Of a stretch of DNA of 64,000 nucleotides, positions 57,798-64,000 are shown in pieces. Position 1 is the stretch's first letter; each line of letters opens with the position of its first letter. The stretch is from a virus: IMG/VR virus record IMGVR_UViG_3300036466_000503, positions 2,705 through 66,704 of that record; one strand, 5' to 3'. Made by a program: the position numbers and the translations under genes. The notes beneath the pieces were generated by a model, which worked only from the letters and a program-made list of their open reading frames with translations, was not told where the DNA came from and did not search any database.

Positions 57798-58193
57798 ATG
57801 AAATCAGAAAATAAATTACAACTTTCAAAAGAAGAATTTGCAGAGAAAATAGGTCAAAATATGAGAAAGTATAGAGATGATAGAGGACTTACTCTTCGTG
57901 AAATGGGAGAAAGAACTGACTATACAGGTGGCTATATTGGCTTATTAGAAAAGGGAAATGCCGTTCCTAATACTTATGTCCTAATGCAGATATCAAAAGC
58001 CTTAAATGTGCCTGTAAGCAAGTTATTATCAGAAGATACTTCTCCAATACCTGAAAGTTTAAATGATCCTATCTTTCAGAAAGAAGAGAGTAAACCTTAT
58101 ATCCAACTAATCAAAGAAATAATGAGCAAAGGTATTGAGCCTGATAAAGTAAGAGAAATAATATCTTTTTATGAAAAAATGAAAAGTGAATAA
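57798..58193 (+). CDS. XRE-family repressor
   Basis: RGLTLREMGERTDYTGGYIGLLEKG..P...L..IS.AL.V HTH_3. Confidence 0.88.
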   Translation: MKSENKLQLSKEEFAEKIGQNMRKYRDDRGLTLREMGERTDYTGGYIGLLEKGNAVPNTYVLMQISKALNVPVSKLLSEDTSPIPESLNDPIFQKEESKPYIQLIKEIMSKGIEPDKVREIISFYEKMKSE

Positions 58194-58319
58194 TATTAAT
58201 AGTGAACCCGCTTATTCTTAATAAAAGTATAGATAAGCGGGTTATTGCTCGTCTATTTAAACCCTGCTGTTATATTATATCATAGATAGAAATTTTTTCC
58301 AACTGATTTAAAAAAATAT

Positions 58320-58649
58320 TTATAATACTATTGCATTATTAACTTCCATATCATAATCAAGAATTGTTACTATATTAATTTTATTATTTTCAAATGTAAA
58401 AAGAATGGTTCCAATTCCACTTTTGAGTGCATAAAACTTTTGTGATAAATATTTTGCGTATTGCAGGTCGTGAAATCTATTATGAAATACATAGTTAATT
58501 TCCTGAATTGCTACATTTCTATCATTCATTCTCTTTACAGCGTGTTTTGTGAAATATACATTATAGTGATTGATTTTTGTTTTATTCACGCTTTTTTGCA
58601 TTTTTTCAATATCAAAATCATTTGCGTTAATTGAGTTAATATTAATCAT
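58320..58649 (-). CDS. DUF4258/RelE-BrnT-like small nuclease-fold protein
   Basis: FTKHAVKRMNDRNV...INIVTI. Confidence 0.6.
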   Translation of the reverse strand: MININSINANDFDIEKMQKSVNKTKINHYNVYFTKHAVKRMNDRNVAIQEINYVFHNRFHDLQYAKYLSQKFYALKSGIGTILFTFENNKINIVTILDYDMEVNNAIVL

Positions 58650-58764
58650 TGTTTGACACTCCTTTCTTATTTTAAGTTTAATAAGGGGGGAGTGTTTTAT
58701 GTTTTGTTATGACTAAAATTTAACCATTTTTTTCTGTAAAACCCCCTGCTGCCTTCCTAATTAA

Positions 58765-59667
58765 TTAAAATGTTAATGAGTTAACCTGTTTCTTTTTACC
58801 TTCATTATCAAGGTGGATATATATTTGAGTTGTTGAAATATTTGAGTGCCCTAAAATTTCCTGAAGTGCTTTTATATCTTTTGTCTGTGAATAGAAGAGA
58901 TATCCGAATGTGTGTCTTAGGCTGTGTGCTCTTATCTTTTTTTCAATATCTGTCTTTTTTAAATATTTGTCAATGGTTCTGTTTATTGTCTTTTTACAAA
59001 TTCCTCTCCCGCTGCCACTAATAAATAGTTTTGGACTACCTTCTACTGTAAAATCGTTTTTAGCTCTTTCAGTTTCCATATATTCTAATATCTTTTCTTT
59101 TGCCTTCTTATTGAGTGGAACTGTTCTCTGCTTTTTACCTTTTCCGACAAATGTCAGAGAATCGTTTTCAAAGTCAAATTCTTTAATTTTAATATTAGTT
59201 ACTTCAGAAGCTCTTAATCCTGAAAAAATCATAAAATAAATAAGTGCTTGGTTTCTTTTGTGGTTTCTGCCTTGATCACTATCAACTACTTTCATATACC
59301 TGCGTAATTCCTTTTTATTTAAATAGATAGGTTTTGTGTTTTTTTCTTCCTTTGTTCCTTCAAGTTCAAGAGTTGGATTTTCTGAAATGTAATTTTTACG
59401 AGAAAGAAAGAAGAAGAACTTTTTTAGGGCATACATTTTTTTGTTTCTTGTCTTTGGCAGGTTTCCCTGATTGACGCTGTTAAGGTATTCTTCAATTGCT
59501 ATTCTGTCAATATCTCCATTGATAATGTCTTCATATATATAACCGTTGTAATCTATAAAGTTTTCAACTTCTCTTATATAATCTTCAGCAGTTGTTTCAG
59601 CGTTTCCTTTTTCTTCAAGCATATACCCTTCAAAACCACCAAGTAAACCTCTAATCTTTTTATCCAC
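58765..59667 (-). CDS. XerC/D-like tyrosine recombinase
   Basis: SAM-like N-domain, GLRASE, GKGKKQR, HSLRHTF, LGHSNISTTQIY. All catalytic residues present. Confidence 0.93.
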   Translation of the reverse strand: MDKKIRGLLGGFEGYMLEEKGNAETTAEDYIREVENFIDYNGYIYEDIINGDIDRIAIEEYLNSVNQGNLPKTRNKKMYALKKFFFFLSRKNYISENPTLELEGTKEEKNTKPIYLNKKELRRYMKVVDSDQGRNHKRNQALIYFMIFSGLRASEVTNIKIKEFDFENDSLTFVGKGKKQRTVPLNKKAKEKILEYMETERAKNDFTVEGSPKLFISGSGRGICKKTINRTIDKYLKKTDIEKKIRAHSLRHTFGYLFYSQTKDIKALQEILGHSNISTTQIYIHLDNEGKKKQVNSLTF

Positions 59668-59960
59668 TTTAAAAACCTCCTTATTTTTTTAAAACCTTTT
59701 CCTCAACCCCACAACTTAATTTTACTATATATTATATATTATGTCAAGAACTTTTTTTAAATTATTTTTAATATATTCTTATTATATTATACTTTGTTTA
59801 TTTTGTAAAGGGATTTTTAAAAGTTTTTTAAAAGTTTTTACATATTATATATTCTTTTAAAAACCCCTTCTTTATGGTATGTCTTAATTATACTATTTAT
59901 AATATTATTTGTCAAGAGAAATAAAGCATTATTTTAAATTTATTTAAAAGTTTTTTTAAA

Positions 59961-60488
59961 TTAGTATAAATCCAATACATTCTCAAACTTCTTAATCGTT
60001 TTTACTATTTCTTCGTGTTCACGGGTAAATAAATCATATGGTTTTATAATTCCAATCAATTCGTCTTCTTTAATAATACTTATATTTTCCTGTATTTCGT
60101 CATAGTAAAAATCGCAACTATCAGCTAAAAACTCCAAGTAATCTGCATTAATACTTCCAATATTATTGTCTGCTACAAATATAGGAGAATTTTTATACTG
60201 CAAGTTAGTTATTTCTGCTTTTTTACCCCTATTATCAGGAAGTGGTATAGATTGTTCTATTTTAGAAAATCCTTCACCTTTATTAATGTATATATCGCCT
60301 TTTTCTATATTTGGAAGTTCACCGTTTCTTTTATAACCCTCCCATTTTTCTTTGAAATTTTTATAGTCATTTTCTCCTACAAAAAGTGCAACTATCAAAT
60401 CGCTTATAATATACTTTGTATCTGAAATCTTTTCTATGAGTATCTGATCGGAACCATTAAGAATTTGTGCTAATTTTTTACCATCCAC
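59961..60488 (-). CDS. Hypothetical protein
   Basis: RBS AAGGAG, GTG start. Confidence 0.7.
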   Translation of the reverse strand: MDGKKLAQILNGSDQILIEKISDTKYIISDLIVALFVGENDYKNFKEKWEGYKRNGELPNIEKGDIYINKGEGFSKIEQSIPLPDNRGKKAEITNLQYKNSPIFVADNNIGSINADYLEFLADSCDFYYDEIQENISIIKEDELIGIIKPYDLFTREHEEIVKTIKKFENVLDLY

Positions 60489-60529
60489 TTTTAACCAACT
60501 CCTTATTATTTTTTTAAAAAAGAATGAAT

Positions 60530-60553
60530 AGAGAAGAGAAGAGAAGAGAAGAG
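60530..60553. repeat. (AGAAG)n microsatellite
   Basis: About 4-5 tandem units. Confidence 0.8.
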
Positions 60554-60561
60554 TTTATAAA

Positions 60562-60912
60562 TTAAACCAACTGAAAATAGTTTTCTTTATACTCAACTCT
60601 CTCTAAAATATACTCTTCCTGAATAACCCCAAATACCTCGTTTTTTAGACCATTGCTGTTTTGTCTTAAAAAGTCATTTGCCTGCTCTTGAAAATTATCT
60701 ATTTCAGCCTGTGTATAATCCTTTTCTCCTTCAAACTCTATAATATCTTCCTGAAGATTGACCCTCCAAAAGAATAATATCTCTATTACAGCGTCTTTAA
60801 GTGTCATTTCTGCTATACTATCCCAAGTATCACTTATAGCTTCTTTGAAACCCTCTTCAGAATCAACCAATTTTTTAAAATCAAATCTCCAATGTTTAGT
60901 CAAAATAACCAC
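60562..60912 (-). CDS. Acidic hypothetical protein
   Basis: ORF, Glu/Asp-rich. Confidence 0.65.
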   Translation of the reverse strand: MVILTKHWRFDFKKLVDSEEGFKEAISDTWDSIAEMTLKDAVIEILFFWRVNLQEDIIEFEGEKDYTQAEIDNFQEQANDFLRQNSNGLKNEVFGVIQEEYILERVEYKENYFQLV

Positions 60913-60952
60913 CCTTTGTATTCGTATTTTTTGAAAAATGAAGCAACATAGC

Positions 60953-61170
60953 GACTCGTTTTTCCGCCCCTGGCTGTTCAGAAAAAATTTGTCTATTTTC
61001 CTGCAAAATATTTTTTCTAAAATTTCTAAACTAAAATTTAAAAATTTAAAAATTAATTTAGAGAAAATGACTCGTTTTTCAGCCCGTCGCCGTTCAGGAA
61101 AAATGCCTATATTTCCCCAAAACGACTCGTTTTTCAGGGTGCGGCTGTTCTGAAAAGAAGTGTCTATTTC
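60953..61170. repeat. Three GC-rich ~50-bp repeats GACTCGTTTTTC-N8-GCYGTTCWG
   Basis: Copies start at 60953, 61069 and 61124. Confidence 0.85.
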
Positions 61171-61332
61171 TGTACATAAATGACCTCAATTGTCATTTTG
61201 TTCATAAATGTCAAGAAATGACCAAAAAAGCCTAAAAAGTGGATATAAATTAATAAATTACAGTAAATGTCCGCAATTGTCAAAATCTATATCCACAACA
61301 TAAAAAAATAATTTTTAATACTTTATATTATT

Positions 61333-61362
61333 ATTATACCTGCTCATGGGGATTTAATTCAA
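61333..61362 (-). promoter_or_regulatory. TTGAAT-N18-TATAAT promoter, copy 8
   Basis: Motif match. Confidence 0.7.
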
Positions 61363-61486
61363 ATATAAAATTAAAAAAAATTAATTATTTTTAAATTTAT
61401 TTATTTAATTGTTAAATAATACAATTTAATAAAATAAAGGGGGATTACCCCCCTCATCTTATTTGTCTTATATTGTCCGTTTTTGT

Positions 61487-61732
61487 CTAATTTTCCAAAT
61501 TAAGGAAATTATTATCATTTTTTAAATCTTTAATCATTTTTATAAAATGGTCATCCGATTTTTTAAATAATAATTCAAATGGTAATTTAACGGCTTTAAT
61601 TGATAATGCTATTCCCGATGATATTGTTAATAATGATATTATTAATATTATTATTAATTCTAATGCACCGCCCATTAATGTTAATTTTTCAATAAATCCC
61701 ATTTCGATAATTGATTTAATTAAATTGATCAT
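61487..61732 (-). CDS. Membrane protein
   Basis: RBS AAGGAGG and a long hydrophobic segment. Confidence 0.7.
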   Translation of the reverse strand: MINLIKSIIEMGFIEKLTLMGGALELIIILIISLLTISSGIALSIKAVKLPFELLFKKSDDHFIKMIKDLKNDNNFLNLEN

Positions 61733-62069
61733 TTTTTTACCTCCTTATTTTTTTTACCTTTATGTCTAATATTTATATTATATACTAATTATACCATTAA
61801 ATAAAAATAATGTCAAATAATTTAATAAAAATAAATAAAATAATTTATAAAAAAACATACACAAATGTTGTCAAATGTGGTCAAAAATACACTTGTTAAA
61901 AAAAGAATTTAATTTAATTTATAAAATCATTAATAATTAATTTTAATTATTGAATTATCATTTATACTTTAAATTATCAGAAAATTTTTACTTTAATTAT
62001 TTATTTGACTTAATATGTAAAAAATGGTATAATTAACATATAATATAATAAAGGAAGGGGGATCAATAT

Positions 62070-62360
62070 TTGAAAAAATATAAAGTAATTATAACGAAGC
62101 ATGCCCGTAAACAAATGAAAAAACGGCATGTAAATAAATGGGATTTAATTGAATTAATTAAAAAAATTAAAAAAAATGATTTTAATAATTACCATAAAGA
62201 TAAAAGGGTAAAGTTGGCAGCCGTTGACCATAAAGCGGGATTAACGGTGCTAATTGACGCAAAAAGTGCACAAAATTATATTAAAGTCATTACGGCGGGT
62301 AAAAAGGCATGGCGATTTGATGGGCCGAAGCATGATGATGTATTTGTAATAGCGGTTTAA
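62070..62360 (+). CDS. Second DUF4258/RelE-like basic protein
   Basis: ITKHARKQMKKRHV...IKVITA. Promoter TTGACT-N17-TATAAT at 62006-62034. Confidence 0.65.
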   Translation: MKKYKVIITKHARKQMKKRHVNKWDLIELIKKIKKNDFNNYHKDKRVKLAAVDHKAGLTVLIDAKSAQNYIKVITAGKKAWRFDGPKHDDVFVIAV

Positions 62361-62523
62361 TATAATTAAGAAATAAATAAAATAATTTATTAAAATACTA
62401 TACATTAAATAATTAATATGATATAATATAATTAAGAAATAAATAAAATAATTTATTAAAATACTATACATTAAATAATTAATATGATATAATATAATTA
62501 AGAAATAAATAAAATAATTTATT
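62358..62523. repeat. 66-bp tandem repeat (2.5 copies) containing an extended -10 promoter
   Basis: Units start at 62358, 62424 and 62490. TATACA-N17-TATAAT with TGn. Confidence 0.9.
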
Positions 62524-62672
62524 TTTTAAAGCTATCATTTATAATAATACATTAAATAAGATTTAAATTATCATTTTAAAAAATGAAATTAAGGTTAATA
62601 TTAAAATTAAATATTAAGGGCGATCGGATTAATTGACGCCCGAATTAAAAAAAAATAACGGAGGTTATCAAA

Positions 62673-63032
62673 TTGAGAAAATCTGAGAAAATGGATTTAT
62701 TAAATGAATTTAAGGCGGATTTTAAAGCGTATCAAATGGGATTAATTGACGATGGGGTAATTTGGAGGATTGAACGGTATTTAAGTTTAATAATTGAACC
62801 CAATGAAATCAAAATGGTTAAAATTAAAGCGGCTTTAAATGATGATGAATTAATGATTAGCCGATGGATTGAGTTTAATGAATGGATTGAGGGTAATAAA
62901 CTTTATGAATTAAATGAGATTAATGAATTAATTGACGAAATTAAATGGGATACAATGGATGAAGGTTTATTAGACTCCCGATTAAGATTAATTCGGGGAT
63001 TTAATACCGAATATAAAAATAATAATTTTTAA
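62673..63032 (+). CDS. Acidic hypothetical protein
   Basis: RBS GGAGG, TTG start. Confidence 0.7.
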   Translation: MRKSEKMDLLNEFKADFKAYQMGLIDDGVIWRIERYLSLIIEPNEIKMVKIKAALNDDELMISRWIEFNEWIEGNKLYELNEINELIDEIKWDTMDEGLLDSRLRLIRGFNTEYKNNNF

Positions 63033-63154
63033 GGTCAATGGTAAAAATGGTAAAAATGGTAATTTAATACGGGCGGTTAATTAACGCCGCCCCGTATTAA
63101 AAATAAAAGGCATGCGGATTATTGCAGCCCCGTAAAAAAATGGAGGTTATTAAA

Positions 63155-63619
63155 TTGAAAAAATTAACAATGATTGAGATGGATTTAAAAAATGATTTTA
63201 TGGTAAACGCTGAGATGGTAAACGCTGAGATGGTAAAGCCCGTAATAAATGGAGATATTAATAACGCTGAAAACATTGAGGTAACTAAAAAATATGGTTA
63301 TTATTTGATTAATAACATTATTTATAATTATGGTATTTTTAAAGCGGATTTAAATAAATTGAAAAATGGATCGGTTAAATTTATTAATGATATGGATTTA
63401 AAAATTAAATTGGTATCATATAATAAATATGAGATGCAGAATTATATAGATGAAATATATGATATTATTAATTATATTAAACGAGAATATGGTAAAAATG
63501 GTCAATTGGTGATTTTAGATTTGGAGACTCTGATGAATGATTTAAAATTAACAATTAATAAGCTTAATGATATTAATTTAATTGAAGATTATTTAAAGGT
63601 CATGAAGAACAAAGATTAA
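63155..63619 (+). CDS. Hypothetical protein with internal 15-bp repeat (MVNAE x2)
   Basis: RBS GGAGG before TTG 63155. Terminator at 63632-63659. Confidence 0.7.
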   Translation: MKKLTMIEMDLKNDFMVNAEMVNAEMVKPVINGDINNAENIEVTKKYGYYLINNIIYNYGIFKADLNKLKNGSVKFINDMDLKIKLVSYNKYEMQNYIDEIYDIINYIKREYGKNGQLVILDLETLMNDLKLTINKLNDINLIEDYLKVMKNKD

Positions 63620-63696
63620 ATAATTAAAATTAATACCCCTTAAACGGGGTATTTTTTTTATGTTTAAAATTTATATTTAATAAATGCAATACAATA

Positions 63697-64000
63697 AAAT
63701 TAAACGGGATATAATTAATAACGCCTTCATGGCGTTTATTAGAGATGCCAGGGTAAACATTTTAAAGGCGTTTAAAAATTTAAATAATGAATAATAAAAA
63801 AAAATAAAGCGGACTCCATTAATTAAACTTTATTTTAAGTTAATAAACATTAATTTAAACGGTTAAATTTTAAATATTAGAGGCGTAAAAAATTAAACGG
63901 GATAATAATGATAATATTAAACGGGATTTATGAGGCGTAAAATTTAAAATTTAAAGTAATGGATAATAATATAATATAATATAATATAATATAATATAAT
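63697..64000. repeat. Terminal repeat-rich tract: TTAAACGGGAT and AGGCGT motifs, ending in (ATAAT)n
   Basis: TAAACGG(G) several times in 63640-63930. Pentamer run to the window end. Confidence 0.75.

Noticed and set aside
59722-59749. dif-like site (TATATA-TTATGTCAAGA) next to the recombinase
   Set aside because: The left arm matches poorly and the sequence is explained by the recombinase's TTGACA promoter.
60938-61153. 71-aa + strand ORF with DSFF repeats
   Set aside because: Translation of the DNA repeats. No RBS.
62250-62471. 73-aa - strand repetitive ORF
   Set aside because: By-product of the 66-bp tandem repeat.
60953-62523. CRISPR or TIGR-like guide array
   Set aside because: Repeats are few and irregular, or exact tandem copies with no spacers. 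No cas or Nop-domain gene recognised.
1-64000. Linear hairpin-ended (N15-like) prophage
   Set aside because: No protelomerase or long perfect telomere palindrome recognised. The recombinase is XerC/D-like.

Overview
Very AT-rich window that reads as a near-complete genome of a temperate siphovirus of a low-GC, probably anaerobic and possibly diderm Bacillota-like host. It is most likely a phage-plasmid. The + strand carries early/accessory genes (MazG-like pyrophosphatase, restriction-endonuclease-like protein, two DNA methyltransferases, DnaE with a mini-intein, a sigma-like factor, ClpP). An SPbeta-like head/tail module follows (terminase, portal, protease/scaffold, capsid, frameshifted tail chaperone, tape measure, tail tip, DUF285/BspA-type repeat adhesins), then a lysis region. 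The - strand carries a ParM/ParR-type operon, RecU, an exonuclease, primase, DnaB, a Sak4-like ATPase, SSB, an HTH initiator with internal iterons flanked by DnaA boxes, a second sigma factor divergent from an XRE repressor, and a tyrosine recombinase. Both ends are repeat-rich and largely non-coding. Best leads: (1) an unannotated 42-aa stand-alone NrdD glycyl-radical peptide, a possible 'spare part' for class III RNR; (2) a putative ~200-nt counter-transcript carrying two permuted, G-U-preserving copies of the anti-RBS/start region of the replication initiator; (3) a four-gene ParM operon; (4) a ClpP with an Asn in the triad. All product calls come from motif recognition by eye; no database searches were run.
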